DNA of 64,000 bases, from the NCBI RefSeq assembly GCF_009914755.1, contig NC_060931.1; one strand, 5' to 3'. This DNA is from the human T2T-CHM13v2.0 reference genome, Homo sapiens. The notes below the pieces were generated by a model that was not told the origin of the DNA, ran no database searches, and worked only from the letters and a program-made list of their open reading frames with translations. The position numbers and the translations under genes were made by a program. Of the stretch, positions 30,264 to 45,398 are shown piece after piece. Position 1 is the stretch's first letter, and each line of letters begins with the position of its first letter.

Positions 30264-33200
30264 AAAAATTGAATGCAAAATCTTTATTTTGTGTACCTAT
30301 ATCAATAAATTCAACCTGATCCACCTTTGTATTTTTTCCATCATGTGTATAGTACATCAGCTTATGAATCACATTTTGTACCTTATCCTCTAGGGTCTGC
30401 TGGGACTTCTACTTATAGGTCTCGAAGTGAAAAATAGCATGGGTAAATCCTATGAGAATCAACAATGCTTCGCAAAGCAACTACCACAGGAGTTGGTTCT
30501 TCAGGCAAAGCAGAGGTAACCTCCTCAGGCAGGAGTGAAAAGGCTCATTCTATTGGCAAGAAGATTTAGCAAAATTTATAGATTTGATGTCCCCCATCGG
30601 GATCTTCCTATATTTCTCCATTCCAACTTTCATGATCTCATTTCTTCCTAATAAATGCCCTCAATTTAGTGGAAGAAACTCTGTAAAGTTGGTAATTAAA
30701 TTTGCTTTTTAATTCAGTGACCAGCAGGATAAGGCTTGTGGTTTAACTTTCAGAATCTCAGCCCAGAAGTTAAGAGTTTCTTTCAGGTCAAGCATAGAAG
30801 CTTCAAGGTCATATATAAGGAGTTTCCACTGCAAATTTGAAGCTCTTATTTGACTCTTTTCCCCACATTCTCTAGGGCAGTTAGGAGCAACCAGCCAATC
30901 CCATTATACTTCTTAGTTTAATTTGAATATTTTGCGATATCAAATACAGGGTCACCCAGAACCCTACCTTTTATAAGCATCTGATTAGGAGTGTCCAATG
31001 GCAATATTTTTCATATTGCTACTATCATACCGTGCCATGGACTAACAATGCCTTCTTCATCAATGAAAATTGAGTCATCAATGTCTTTAGATGGAATCAG
31101 AGAACCAATACAAGAAAATACATAACCAATTCAGAAAACTCATCCTAAGCTTCTGTCTCTCTTGAACGTCTTTAGGTACCAAGATTTGCATCTGTCAAAG
31201 AGATACAAACAGAGAAATGAAACCAGAAGTAGATACGTATTAAGAGATTTATTGCAAGCATGCAATTATGGGAGGCTGCCAAGGCAAACCTGAAATCTGA
31301 ACAACATCAAAAATGTAAGTTGCAACCCTTGGACAGAAGCTAAAGCTTCTATTCATAGAGGGAATTTCTTCTTCCTGTAGGAAATCTTGTCTCTCTAATT
31401 TTAAGGTTTTTTATCCGACTGGAAGAGGCCTGCACAGATTTCTTAGAATAATCTCCTTTAATTAAAATCAACTGATTATGCACTTCAATTTATACTTATA
31501 AAAGTAAAGGACCAAAATCTAGCTTAAGTTAACACCGTGAAAGAGAGGGACACCATTCTGGAGTTGTGGGACTAAGGCATCTATTTCCTATAGGCCAGAG
31601 TATACCCTGAAAAATAAAGATGAGGCGCAAGGAAAGTTTAAAGGCCTATCTCCCCAAGCTGATAAGTTGACGTGTCCCAGTTACACCAAACACAGAAAAC
31701 CAGAACTGAGATGTTCTGAATTAGTTGCAGCCAACTAATGGAGATATCTTTTATACTAGAGAACAATTAACATAATATCCAGCAGACAAATTTCTGAGAC
31801 AATTACAAAATCACCCTACAAAAATTTGTCATATATAGAGGGACAATGCTGCAGTCATGAAAGTGACTGTGCTGCTCTAACACTCTCAATGATGCTTCCA
31901 ATTGGTAGAGTGAGAGGGGATATTGTATCCATATAGGGTGAAATACTAAAATCTAACATTTTGTATAGTAGAATAGACTGGGTTGTAAAGCATTTGATAA
32001 TAACCAGAAAAAAAGAAAAACATGAAATCTGTTGGTGTTTCATCTAGGGGCAAGAGTCCCTAGGGAAGACAATAGGGGCAGTTTTGACAAAAAATTGTTT
32101 CTTCTTGCACCTAACAAGTCTAGATCATTCAATAAATAAGCTAAATTAAATTCCTAGCTTCAACCTAGCATGATGCCATGAAGAGAGTTCTCTTTCCATA
32201 AATAGTAGGTTCTAAAAAGTAATATGGATAGCAAACATTAAATTAAATTTAAAGGTAAAATTTGAGATTGATAAAAATTAAAAAGGAGGATAGAGTACAT
32301 ATTCACATAGAAAAATTAACTCCATATACTGAAAACATAAAACCATATAGAGAATAAATATGAAAATTAAAAGCTTAAGGATGCTATTTTAATCAATAAA
32401 TATATAGATGGGTAATTAACAATTCTGTTTTGCAAAAAAGTTACCAAGGTCAGATGCAGTTTTATTAGCGTTTGAAAATAAGTAAAAAGCAAGATATGAT
32501 GGATATCTTTAGTTCATTTCTACTCTTACAAGTACCTAACATTTCTGATAATATGATATTTACCCATAAATATATGTATGCATGTATAACTTCTCAACAC
32601 TGCTTCTCATGCCATGAGACAAGAGAATCCTATTGTTGGTAAACTCTTTAACTTCTTTGCATGTCCATCACATTTTTACATTTTGCTGTAGTCTTGCTAA
32701 CTACGGTAGTGTGGCATAAAGCAAGAAAATATTTTGTTCTTGTCAATTATGCAGCAATCACATTAAAGGGAAGATATCACCCACCAGCCATTCTTGTTGA
32801 TATTTGTTAATGAGGTAATAAGGACTAAGGGGTCAGAGATATCTTTGCAAGCCCTCCTTGTAACCATTGAACTGGATGCCAAAGACCAGAGTTCTAATTA
32901 TTTCCCAGTTGTAACTTCTCTGGTTAGATAGTTGTTTCTGCCAGCATAATTGCCTCAAACTTCGACTACTGCAGGAAGTTTACCTGCTCTCTGGCAAATA
33001 AACCTCTGGTAGCAATGTTTGAATTCCCAAACAAAGTGAAGTATATTTCTCAAGTTGTACAAAATGGATTTTTCTTTTCAACAAATGATAAACATATGAA
33101 TTAGATGCACTTTCTAAATGTCATCAAGCTTCTCTACAGACACAAGTATGAAAAAAGGGCAGGAGAAGATAAAAAGCAACACGGTTTTATAAATAATTTG

Positions 33201-33345
33201 ATAAAGATTCCTACTTGGGAAGAATTTTGAAAAATAATGATTTACCTGGATGTTTTAGTCATAAAAAAAGAAAAATCTTGTTGACAACATACATGATAGA
33301 TGCAAGATCTCTGAAGATGTTATTTGTATAGAGCACATTTTAGCT

Positions 33346-33731
<386 letters not shown>

Positions 33732-34492
33732 AATATTACATAGTTTTATTTTATCACTGTACAGTCAGTCACTCTGTTTTAACTTTATGACATTGTTTCT
33801 CGCTTAACCGTTTTTTTTCCTATAGCAATTTGTATTATATGAAATTACTATATTTGTTGTTTTAGGGAAATATATTATTGAAGCAAGTCATTTTTAATGA
33901 CTTATGTGTTTCAATTCTTGGTGTTGATGACTATTTTTTTCTGGTCTCTTACATGGTCTCTCATATTTTTTGCAGTATGTTACAAAAAATTCTTACTAGA
34001 ACCCTCTGAAATACTGTATTGTTTCTGCTGGCATAAATGGTAGTCATCAAAAAGCAATAGTGAGACAAACATGAAATGCAATGTGCTGCTTTTCAAGGAG
34101 TTTTAGGAAAGACTTGTGTTCGTGAGACTCAAACCCTATGTAAGAATTTCAGCTTTTTCTCATAAGAACCACTTTCTCTATTTAAAAAGGAGTTGCCACT
34201 CTACCTGATATCAAGCTTTGTTTCCTTTATCCCTTTGAAGTTCAACTGACACTCAGAAAGAGGGGGAAAAGAAGCAAAAGAGAGCACACAGATGAGTAAC
34301 AACAGATGACTCACAGGATAGACATACAAGACAGTGTGGCTTCAGTTTAGGAAGGAAGCTGCCTGCAAAATATGCTCACAGTGTTGCATTTGCTTTCACC
34401 AATGAGAGTTTTCAAGGAGACCAGTGTTTTCTGTTTTTGTTTTTGTTTTTGCGTTTGTTTTTTCTTGTTTTTTTTTTTTTTTTTTTTTTTTT

Positions 34493-34806
<314 letters not shown>

Positions 34807-35597
34807 TCATTTTTATTTTCAACTCAATCACTTTTTGCGAGTAAATTTAAATGATTTACCCTTGCTTCTCCTGTGAAAGCATATAGTAAATAACTTTTCA
34901 AAAATAATTTATTGAAATGTCTATTAACGTTAGTCTTTGCCTTTGTATGACAAGCCCTGTCAAAATGGCATGAAGTGGACACAGTGATGCACCTGTGCTG
35001 TAGCAACTCATGATTGGAGGCTTATTTTGTCATTTGATCTTTATATCGAATGGGTCCCTGTTGAACGTGAATGAGTGATTGAAAGTGACAGGAAGAGCAA
35101 GTCAGTGCCTTGCATCTCAATGGTAGGTTGCACAGCACCTTGGTCCAAGAGTCTTTATGCAGATGTGAATCTTGATGTGGTGCTGCCACAACATGTGCCC
35201 GCCTTTCTTTGATATGGTTTTCAAATTCCTGATTTATCACTTTGACATTTGACAGAGAAGAGAAAAAATAAAAACCAAAATTCGGTGACAGTTAACAGCT
35301 TTTTCTTCCCTCAAAGATTTTGTAGGTTTGCCTGAGGAGAGTTGAATCTGAGCTATTTGACTCAGAACTGCTATATGAGCACCACAAAATCAAATCAAAC
35401 ATAATCTGGTTTATGTCATCTCACATTTACGCTGGTAGAGCAAATCATCAATTTCTTAAAATTAACAGGTAACAGCCTCAAGGCTTAAGCCTCAAAGAAG
35501 GCTTTAGATGTATTCTAATTCCAGATTTGTTGGGGGTCATTATAAAGAGTAGTAATACATTTAAGTACTGACATATGCAAACACACAAAAGTTAGGT

Positions 35598-35908
35598 TCA
35601 ATTAACTGAATGTTTACAGTTGAAATACTAATCCCCAAGGTGATGGATTAGGAAGTGGGGGCTTTGAAAGTTGATTAGCTCTCTTATATGTGATTAGTTC
35701 CCTTATAAAAGAGATCCTAGAGAGATACCTTGCCCTTTCCACTATGTGAAGTCAGAGCATGATGATGGGCACTTATCCCAAACTGAATCTTCTGGTGTCT
35801 TGATCTTGGACTTTCTAGTTTTCCTAGCACTGTGACAAATAAATTTGTGTTGTTTATAAACCACCCAGTCAATGTATTTTGTTATAGTAGTTGGAACAGA
35901 CTAAGACA
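35598..35908 (+). mobile_element. MLT1A-like LTR
   Basis: 'gttgaaatactaatccccaaggtgatgg'... 'ttataaaccacccagtc'... cagactaagaca. Confidence 0.8.
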
Positions 35909-36564
35909 TCAGGCTTTCCTCAGCAGCCCTCCTTAACTAAAACTAGTTTAGACAGAATGCTATTTATACTGAAAATCAAAAATGAAAATAATATTTGGTA
36001 TTTGGTTTGCTGATATTAGATACATACTTGAGTTTTTTAGATAAGTTCATACGAAGAATTTGACACTTTTTTTTTCTTGTTTCCCTAGGCCTTTTGCTGA
36101 CTAACAGGTTATTATGCAAACTGCATTAGTGTCTAAACACATTTTAAACACAGTCGTAGTGATGCCATAAGAAAACCTTCAGAAACCTCAATGGAAATAA
36201 TTTAATTACGTGGAAAGATAGTTAAAAATGCAGCATCAACACTGTTAAAGACTAACGAATACTCTTTAGATTTTTTCGATGATAATTTCATTTTACCACA
36301 TTCTTTGCTTAGGAGTAGAGGCATATAGTATTTTTGTTGATAATTCATAAAACAATACAATTTAAAAAATATACCTGCCATTGTTTTGTGGTTAACTAAT
36401 TACCTATTTTTCTGCATTATTCCATTTTATTACTTTACTTTCAAATATATGATCAGACATAAAAATGTTTCCTTTATAATTATTCATTGATTAGTATTGA
36501 TAATTTAATATGTATAAGGCATTATGAGGTTCTATTCTTTGACATGTATTGTTTGCTATAGTGA

Positions 36565-36772
36565 ACATTAGCTGAAGCAGACACTTTGTTATGCAGAAAT
36601 TCCTTTTATTCTTCTAATAGTTCTGGCAGACAGATACTATTATAGTATCTATTTCATGGATTAGGCATAGAGAGGTTAAGTTATTTGCACAAGGTCACAC
36701 AGCCAGGAAGTGGTAAACAGAATTTTGAACCAAAGCCATTAGGCTCTCGACCACTACACTGCTTTGCCTCCC
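36565..36772 (-). mobile_element. MIR
   Basis: 'agagaggttaagttatttgcacaaggtcacacagccaggaagtgg' matches the antisense MIR core. Confidence 0.85.
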
Positions 36773-37242
36773 AGAACATCCTGCATCACAGTGGTGTAAG
36801 CATTACCAGTTAATTGCCTAACATGACATTTCTTTCCATAACAGATATCAGGATTATAATGATTTTCCTGCTCCTGTCCCTCAAATATCTCTCGTAATGT
36901 AATTTCCCTCAGGATTTTTTTAATAGTCCGTATTTACTAATACAAAAATATTCACCACAACTTACAGGCTAAAGAGGTAAGACATTTTCATTTACACAAG
37001 AGCCTCTTGAAAATAATTACTTAGCCTAAATGAGTGACTCTAATGGAAGTAATTCAGGTGGATCCTTGAAAAAATGATATTGTGTACATGAAAACCTTTG
37101 GGAAAATATCCTATGATGGCAACATCTTCAGTTTTATACTGGAAATATACAAAATTCACTCCCCATTTAACCAAAATATTAAGAAAAAAGAATTGCTTTT
37201 TTGGATATTTGGCATCAAATATCCAAAAAAGGTTATGTGAGG

Positions 37243-37425
37243 TGGTGAGGGAGGTGGATGAGGAGAGGGAGAGCATTAGGAAAAATAGTTAATGCATGCT
37301 GGTCTTAATACTTAGGTGTTGAGTTCATAGGTGCCAACAAACCACCATGGTACATGTCTACCTATGTAACAAACCTGCACATCCTGCACATGTACCCCAG
37401 AACTGAAAATAAAATAAAAATTGAA
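37243..37425 (+). mobile_element. Short 3' tip of an older L1PA (about L1PA10-13)
   Basis: 'gggagagcattagga...aacaaacctgcacatcctgcacatgtaccccagaact' followed by an A-rich tail. Confidence 0.88.
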
Positions 37426-37469
37426 AATAATTGAGATTCAAAAAGTTAATTTATGAGTCATAGGCTATT

Positions 37470-37679
37470 GTTTTTGAGGCAAGGTCTCACTCTGTTGCCC
37501 AGGTTGGGGTGCAATGGCACAATTACAGCTCACTGCAGCCTCGACCTCTCTCCTAGGCTCAAGTAATCCTTCTACCTCAGCCTCCTGAGTAGCTAGGACC
37601 ACAGGCATGCACCACCACAACTGCCTACTTTTTTAGATTTTTTTTTGCAAAGATGGGATCTCCCCATGTTGGCCAGGCT
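37470..37679 (-). mobile_element. 5'-truncated AluJ-like
   Basis: Right arm plus part of the left arm. Perfect 13-bp TSD gtcataggctatt (37457-37469 / 37680-37692). Confidence 0.92.
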
Positions 37680-37692
37680 GTCATAGGCTATT

Positions 37693-40600
37693 CTTTTTTA
37701 TTTATTTAACTTATTTTAGGTTCATGGGTACATGTGCAGGTTTGTTATATAGGTAAATTTTGTGTCAGAGGGTTTTGGTGTACAGATTATCTTGTTGCTC
37801 AGGTAATAAGCATAGTACCTTATGGGTATTTTTTCACCCTCTTCCCACCCTCCAACCTCAAGTAAAGCCTGGTACTTATTGTTCCCTTGTTTATGTCCTT
37901 TTGGTGTACTCAATGTTTAGCTCCCACATGTAAGTGAGAACATGTGGTATTTGGTTTTCTGTTCCTGTGTTAGTTTGCGTAGGATAATGACCTCCAACTT
38001 CATCCATGTTTCTGCAGAGGATGTGATCTCATTCGTTCTTATGACTCCATAGTATTTCATTGTGTATATATATCATATTTGCTTTATCCAGTCTACCATT
38101 GGTGGGCATTAAGGTTGATTACGTGTCTTTGCTATTGTAAATAGTACTGTGATGAACATACATGTGCATATGTCTTTATAGTAGAATGCTTTATATTCTA
38201 TTGGTATATACCCAATAATAGGATTGTTGGGGGAAATGATAATTCTATTTTAAGTTCTTTGAGAAATTGCCTAACTTCTTTATACAATGATTGAGCTAAT
38301 TTACATTACCACCAGCAGTATGCAAGTGTTCCCTTTCTCCACAACTTCACCAGCATCTGTTAGGTTTTGACTTTTTAATAATAGTCATTCTGACAGGTGT
38401 AAGATGGTAGCTCATTGTGGTTTTGGTTTGCATTTCTCTAATGATCAGTCATATTGAGCTTTTTTTCATATGCTTACTGACCACATGTATGTCTTCTTTT
38501 GAAAAGTGTTTGTTCATGTACTTTGTCCACTTTTTAATAGGGTTGTTTGGTTAATGCTTGTTAATTTGCTGAAGTTCCTTGTAGATTCTGATACTAGGCC
38601 TTTAGTCAGATGCCTAGTTTGCAATTAATTTTTCTTACTCTATAGGTTATCTGTTTACTCTGTTGATAGTTTCTTTTTCTCTGCAGAAACTCTTCAGTTT
38701 ACTTAGGTCACATTTGTCAATTTTTTTTGTTGTTGTTGCAGTTGTTTTTGGCACCTTCATCATGTGAGCTTTGACTGTTTCTATGTCCATAATGGCATTT
38801 CCTAGGTAATCTTCCAGGGTTTTTATAATTTAAGGTATTATATTTAAGTCTTTAAATCCATCCTGAGTTGATTTTTTGTACGTGGTATAAGGAAAGGATT
38901 GAGGTTCAATTGTCTGCATATGGCTAGCCAGTTATCCAAGCACCATTTATGGAATAGAAAGTCCTTTCCCCATTGCTTGTTTTTGTTAACTTCTTCAAAG
39001 GTAAGGTGGTTTTGAATGTGTGTGTGTTTTTTTTTTCTGGCCTCTCAATCTGTTCAATTGGTCTATGTGTCTGTTTTTATGCCACTACCATGCTGTTTTG
39101 GTTGCTGCAGTCTTGTTGTATGGTTTGAAGTTGGGTAATGTGCTGCCTCTAGCTTTGTTCTTTTTGCTTAGGATTTCCTTAGCTATTTGGGCTCATTTTT
39201 GGTTCCATATTAATTTTAAAATAGTATTTTCTAATTCTGTTAAGAATGTCATTGATAGTTTGATGGGAATAGCATTGAATGCGTACATTACTTTGGGCAG
39301 TATGGCCACGCTAACCATATTGATTTTTCCTATCCATGTGCATGGAATGTTTTTCCATTTATTTGTGTCATCTCTGATTTCTTTCAGCAGTGTTTTTTAA
39401 TTCTCATTGTAGAGACCTTTCACCTCCCTGACTACCTGTATTCCTAGGTATTTTATTCTTTTTGTGGCTATTGTGAATAAAATTGCATTCTTGATTTGGC
39501 TCTCAGCTTGGACATTGTTGGTGTGTAGAAATGCTATTGATTTTGTATATTGAAACTATGCTGAAATCGTTTATCAGATCTAGGAGTTTTTAGGCAGAGG
39601 CTATGGAGTTCATGGTAGAGTATCGCATTGTCTACAGCACAGATAGTTTGACTCTGTTTCTTCCTATTTGAATGTCTTTATTTTCTTTCTCTTGCCTGAT
39701 TGATCTGACTAGGACTTGCAGTACTATGTTTAATAGGAGTGGTGAGAGTGGGCATCTTGTCTTATTCTCATTCTCACAGTGGAAGTCTTCTAGTTTTTGC
39801 TTGTTCAGTATCAAGTTAGCTTTGGGTTTAGCATAGATTGCTCTTATTATTTTGAAGTATGTTTCCTGAATGTCTACTTTAGTGAGGGTTTTTACAATGA
39901 TGAGATGTTGAATTTTATCAAAAGGCTTTTCTGCATCCATTCAGATAATCATTTGGTTATTGTTTTTAATTTTGTTTATGCAATGAATTAAATATATTGA
40001 TCTGCATATGTTGAACCAACCTTGTATCCTAGGGATAAATCCTCCTTGATTGTGGTGGATTCACTTTTTGATGTGCTGCTGGATTCAGTCTGCTAATATT
40101 TTGTTGAAGATTTTTGCATCTATGTCCATCAAGGTCATTGGCCTGAAGTTTTCTTTTTCTTGTGTGTCTGCCAGGTTATGAGATCAGAATGATGCTGGCC
40201 TAAGAGAATGAATTAGGAAGAAGTCCCTCCTCCTCAATTTTTGAAATAGTTTCAGTGTGGATGACACCAGCTCTTTGTACATCTGGTAGAATTCAGCTCT
40301 GAAGTGGTCTGGCCCTGAGCTTTTTCTGGATGATAGGCTTTTAGTGCTGATTCAGTTTCAGAACACATTATTGATCTGTTCATGGATTCAATTTATTTCT
40401 GGTTCAATATTGAGAGGTTGTATGTTTCTAGGAATTTATCTATTTTTTTCTAGATTTTCTAGTTTATGTACACAGAGATGTTCATAGGAGGCACTGAGGC
40501 TTTTGTGTGTTTCTGTGGGGTCAGTGGTAATGTTTCATTTGTCTTTTCTGACTCTGTTTATTTTGATCTCTCTTTTTTGTTGTTAGTTTAGCTAATGGTC

Positions 40601-43600
40601 TATCGATCTTATTTATTTTTTCAAATAACAAACTACTAGATTAATTGTTCTCTTGTATAGCTTCTTGCATCTCAATTTCCTTCACTGCAGCTCTGATTTT
40701 GGTTACTTCTTGTGTTGTGCTAACTTTGGGGTTGATTTGCTCTTCTTTGTCTAGTAATTCTAGGTGTCATGTTAGGTTACTACTTTGAGGTTTTTCTAAC
40801 TTTTTGATGTGGGCATTTAGTTCTGTAAACTTCCCTGTTAACACTGCTTTAGCTGTATCCTGGATTCTGGTATGTTGTATCTTTGTTCTCATTAGTTTAA
40901 AAGAATTTCTTGATTTCTGCCTTAATTTTTTGTTTATCCAAATGTCATTCAGGAACAGGTTGTTTAATTTCTATGTAATTGTAGGGCTTCAAGCAATCTT
41001 CTTGGTATTGATTGCAATTTTTATTGTGCTGTGCTTTGAGATTGTAGTTGGTAGGATTTTATTTTTATCTTGGAATTTGCTGAGAAATGTTTTATGCCCA
41101 ATTCTGTGGTCAAATTTAGAATATGTGTCATGTGCAGATGTAAAGAATGTATATTCTGTATTTTTTTTCCAGTGTGATGGAAAGTTCTGTAGATGTCTGT
41201 AAGTTATATCTGGTCAAGTGTGGAGTTCAAGTCCCAAATATTTTTGTTAGTTTTCTGAAACAATGATCTGTCTAGTACTGACACTGGGTTGTTGAATCTT
41301 CCACTATTATTGTATGGTTATCTAAGTATCTTTGTTAAGTCTCTAAGAACTTTTTTTTTTGGTGAATCTGGGTACTTCTGTGTTGGGTGCATATATATTA
41401 GGATAGTTAGATCTTCTTGTTGAATTAAACTTGTTACCATTATATAATGCCCTTCTTTGTCTTTTTTTCAACTTTGTTGGTTTATAGTCAGTTTTATCTG
41501 AAATTAGAATACTAACCCCTCCCTTTCTTCTGTTTTCTGTTTTCTGTTTGCTTGCTTGTTTCTCATCCCTTTACTTTGTGCCTATGGATGTCATTGCATG
41601 TGAGATGAGTATCATAAAGACAACATACATTTGGGTCTTTCTTCTTTACCCAATTTTCCCCTCTCTGTCTTTTAATTAGGGAATTTAGCCTGTTCACATT
41701 CAACATTAATATTGATATATGAGGATTTGATCCTGTCATCATGTTGTTGGCTGGTTATTATGCAGACTTGATTGTGTAGTTGCTATATACTGTCAGCAGT
41801 CTATGTACTTAAGTGCATTTTTGTGGTGTCTGGTAATGGTCTTTCCTTTCTGTATTTTGCATTCCCTTAAGAATCTCCTGTAAAGCAGGTTTGGTAATAA
41901 CAAATTCCCTTAACGATGGCTTGCTGAAAAGGATCTTATTCCTCCTTCACTTATGAAGCTTAGTTTGGCTGGATATGAAATTCTTGGTTGTAATTACTTT
42001 TATTTGAGAATGTTGAATGTAGGTCCCCAATCTCTTCTGGTTTGTAGGGCTTCTTATGAAAGGTCCTCTGTTAGTCTGATGGAGTTCCCTTTGTAGATGA
42101 GCTGCCCCTTCTCCAGAGTTGTGTTTAACATCTTTTATTTCATTTCAACCTTGAAAAATCTGACGACTATGTGTCTTAGGTATGGCCATCTTGTATGTTG
42201 TAGAGGTTCTCTGCATTCCCTGAATTTGAATGTTGGCTTCTCTAGTGAGGTCGGGGAAATTTTTATGAACGATATTCTGAACTACATTTTCCAAGTGGGT
42301 TGCTTTATCTCCGTGTCTTTCAGGGCCACCAATGACATGTAGATTTGATTTCTTTACGTAATTTCATGTTTCCTGAAGATTTTGTTCACTATTCTTTATT
42401 CATTTTTTAAAAAATTGTTGTCTGAGTTATTTCAGAGAATTGATCTTCAAGCTCTGAGATTCTTTCCTCAGCTGGATTGATTTTGCTGTTAATACTTGAT
42501 ATTGTATCATGAAGTAGTTGAAGTGAGTTTTTTGGCTCTATCAGATCACTTTGCTTCTTTCTTAAAATGGCCATTTGCCTTTCATCTCCTGTATCATTGT
42601 ACTGTACTCCTTAGATTCCTTGGACTGGTTTTTGACATTCTCCTAAATTTCGATGGTCTTCATTCATCTCATATTCTGAAGTATATGCCTGTCATTGGAA
42701 CCATTTCAGCCTGGTTAAAAACCATTGCTGGAGAACTAACATGCTTGTTAAGAGGTAAGATGACATTCTGGCTTTTTGAGTTTCCAGAGTGTTTGTGTTG
42801 GTTCTTTCTCATCTGTGTGGGATGATGTGCCTTCAGTCTTTGAAGTTCCTGTCCTTTGGATGGGGTTCTTTGCTTTAGCTTCCTTGATGACCTTGAGGGT
42901 TGTTTGTGGTATAAGGTGGGTCCAGTCAACTGGGTTTGTTTCTGGAAGATTTTATGGGGTCAGGTCTGAGTTCAGTACTCCTGGGCTTCATGCTCTGACT
43001 CTGGGAGCTGGGACTGGGCCTCCAGCTTTGTTCTGTGGCCCTTTGAGATTATAAACCTGTTGCACTGGAGGGGTAGAAGTGTTCTGGGTCCCCTGGCCAC
43101 AATACTCCAATATGTGAAGCTGGCCAAAGCCCTTCATCAGGACAGTGGCCATGAGATTGGTGCTTGCTTGTACATGCCAGCAACTGCACCAGTACGGTGT
43201 AGTGTACATATGTCAGCTGGGGTGGGGTGCCAGCAGGACTGGGGCTGCAGCACTCCTACACATGCTTAATGCAGTGGAGGCAGTGGCAATGGAGGCAAGG
43301 TGCTGGCATGGGCATAGACACCAGTGTCCCTATAGATATTCACAGCAATGGGCTGGGGGTGGGGGGTTGCTGGCATCTATGCATGCATTCATAGTGATTG
43401 TTGTGTGGTCAGGTGTCTGCATGTCCACGAGGGGTGAGAGTCAGTGGAGTGCATCTGCACTGGCAGCAATGGCAGTACACAGTAGTGAACATGCACATGC
43501 ATGCTGGTTGGGGAGTGGGGGCAAGGTCCACCCATGCATGCATGCTTGCAAAGTGGTGAGAGGGTAGCCATGGGAGAGAGCATGCCAGCAAAGCAGTGGG

Positions 43601-44326
43601 GAGGGGCTTCAGTGGAGAGAGGGTGTGGGTGGACTGGTGCCCATAGAAGGGGTCAGTCTGCTGGAACTCTCTTGGTTAGGGTAGGAGCTATGATTATGGC
43701 CACAGGGAAGTACCTTGGTTGAGCATCAGAGCCTTCCATGCAAGCAGGTGCAGCCAGGTTGTTGGGGGAGAGGCCAGCACACAGGGAAGTATTCAGATCC
43801 AACTATTTTTGTCTCACAGGCAGCACCACCCTGCTCTATGCAGGTACGCCAGTCACCCTAAGACTAAAGTCTACTAGAGGTGTATGATGAGCCTTGGGGT
43901 ATGGGCACCTGTGGCCATACTCCACTGCAGACATTCCCACACCAAACTCTCCGGGCTCCACACAGGCTGTAGTCCCACCCCTACCAACTCTCTAAGCAGC
44001 TCTCCCTGCCAACTCAAGTGTTTGTGGGGTCTCCTGATGCCGTGAATACAGATTATTGTGGTTAGAGCAGACCACTTTGCCTGTTCAACTCACCCTTTCC
44101 CTAGGAATCACTGGGGTCCAGGGAACAAGTCCTGGTGCTTGGTAGCCCTGTACAGGGTTCTCACCTTCCTCCTACTTCAGCCCCAGACCTGCATCCTCCC
44201 TTGATGCACTCTCAATACCCTTCCTCTGAAGATCTGCTTGGAGCACGCCAGTCTCCCCAGTGTCTTGGTCCCTCAGTAGGAGATGTTACTCTTTGCTGTG
44301 TCTACTCAGCCACCTTGGCTCCTCTT
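37693..44326 (-). mobile_element. Full-length old LINE-1 (L1PA15/16-like), decayed
   Basis: Antisense 3'UTR after a T tract, ORF2 remnants ([18 protein letters not shown]), ORF1 start 'MRKNQHKHSGNSKSQ', long GC-richer 5'UTR. 5' end 'gaggagccaaggtggctgagtag'. TSD gtcataggctatt / gtcacagactatt. Confidence 0.93.
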
Positions 44327-44357
44327 GTCACAGACTATTTTTAAAATTTAAATAGTT

Positions 44358-45111
44358 TAAGTTACTTGTAGATTCTGGGAATTAGCCCTTTGTCAGATGG
44401 ATAGATTGCAAACTTTTTCTCCCATTCTGTCGGTTACCTGTTCACTCTCATGATAGTTTATTTTGCAGTGTAGAACACTTCAATTTAATTAGATCCCATT
44501 TGTCAACGTTGGCTTCTGTTGCAATTGCTTTTGGTGATACCATTTGACCCAGCAATTCCATTACTGGGTATATAACCCAAAGGATTATAAATTATTCTAC
44601 TATAAAGACACATGCACAGGTATGTTTATTGTGTCACTACTTACAATAGACGACTTACAATAGCAAAGCTACTTACAATAGCAAAGACTTGGAACCAACT
44701 CAAATGCCCATCAGTGATAGACTGGATAAAGAAAATCTGGCACAAATACACCATGGAATACTATGCAACCATAAAAATGAATGAGTTCATGTCCTTTGCA
44801 AGGATGTGGATGAAGTTGGAAACAATCATTCTAACTAATCAAACTAATACAGGAACAGAAAACCAAACACCACATGTTCTCATTCATAAGTGAGTTGAAC
44901 AATGAGAATTCACAGACACAGAGAGGGGAACATCACACACGGGGGCCTGTCGGGGGATGGGGGGCAAGGGGAGGGATAGCATTAGGAGAAATGCCTAATG
45001 AAGACGATGGGTTGATGGGTGCAGCAAAACCACCATAGCACATAGATACCTATGTAACAAACCTGCACGTCCTACACATGTATCCCAGAACTTAAAGTAT
45101 AATTTAAAAAA
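44358..45111 (+). mobile_element. 5'-inverted (twin-primed) L1PA7/8-like 3' fragment
   Basis: Antisense 44358-44536, sense 44537-45111 ending 'cttaaagtataattt' plus an A tail. Perfect 15-bp TSD aaaatttaaatagtt (44343-44357 / 45112-45126). Confidence 0.92.
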
Positions 45112-45122
45112 AAAATTTAAAT

Positions 45123-45398
45123 AGTTGCGCACACTTGTAATTCCAGCATATTGGGAGACTGAGGCAGAAGGATGGCTTGAGTTCAGGATTTCAAGACCAG
45201 CCTGTGCAACAGGGTGAGACCCCATCTCTACTTAAAATAATTAACCTGGTGTTTCGTGCATGCCTGTAGTCCCAGCTACTGGGGAGGCTGAAGCAGGAGG
45301 ATCACTTGAGCCCAGGAGGCTGAGGCTGCATTGAGCTGTGATCATGCCACCCACTCCAGCCTGGGCAACAGAGAGAGACCCTGTCTTAAAAAAAAAAA
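45123..45398 (+). mobile_element. AluJ-like, slightly 5'-truncated
   Basis: Dimer with 'ggatcacttgagcccaggagg', 'gaccctgtct' and an A tail. TSD-like aaaatttaaatag / aaaagttaaacag. Confidence 0.9.

Noticed and set aside
43140-43620. GC-rich region with recurring tgcatg/ggcag words and stacked ORFs
   Set aside because: It lies inside the 5'UTR of the old minus-strand L1, where degenerate repeats are expected. It is not an array with spacers.
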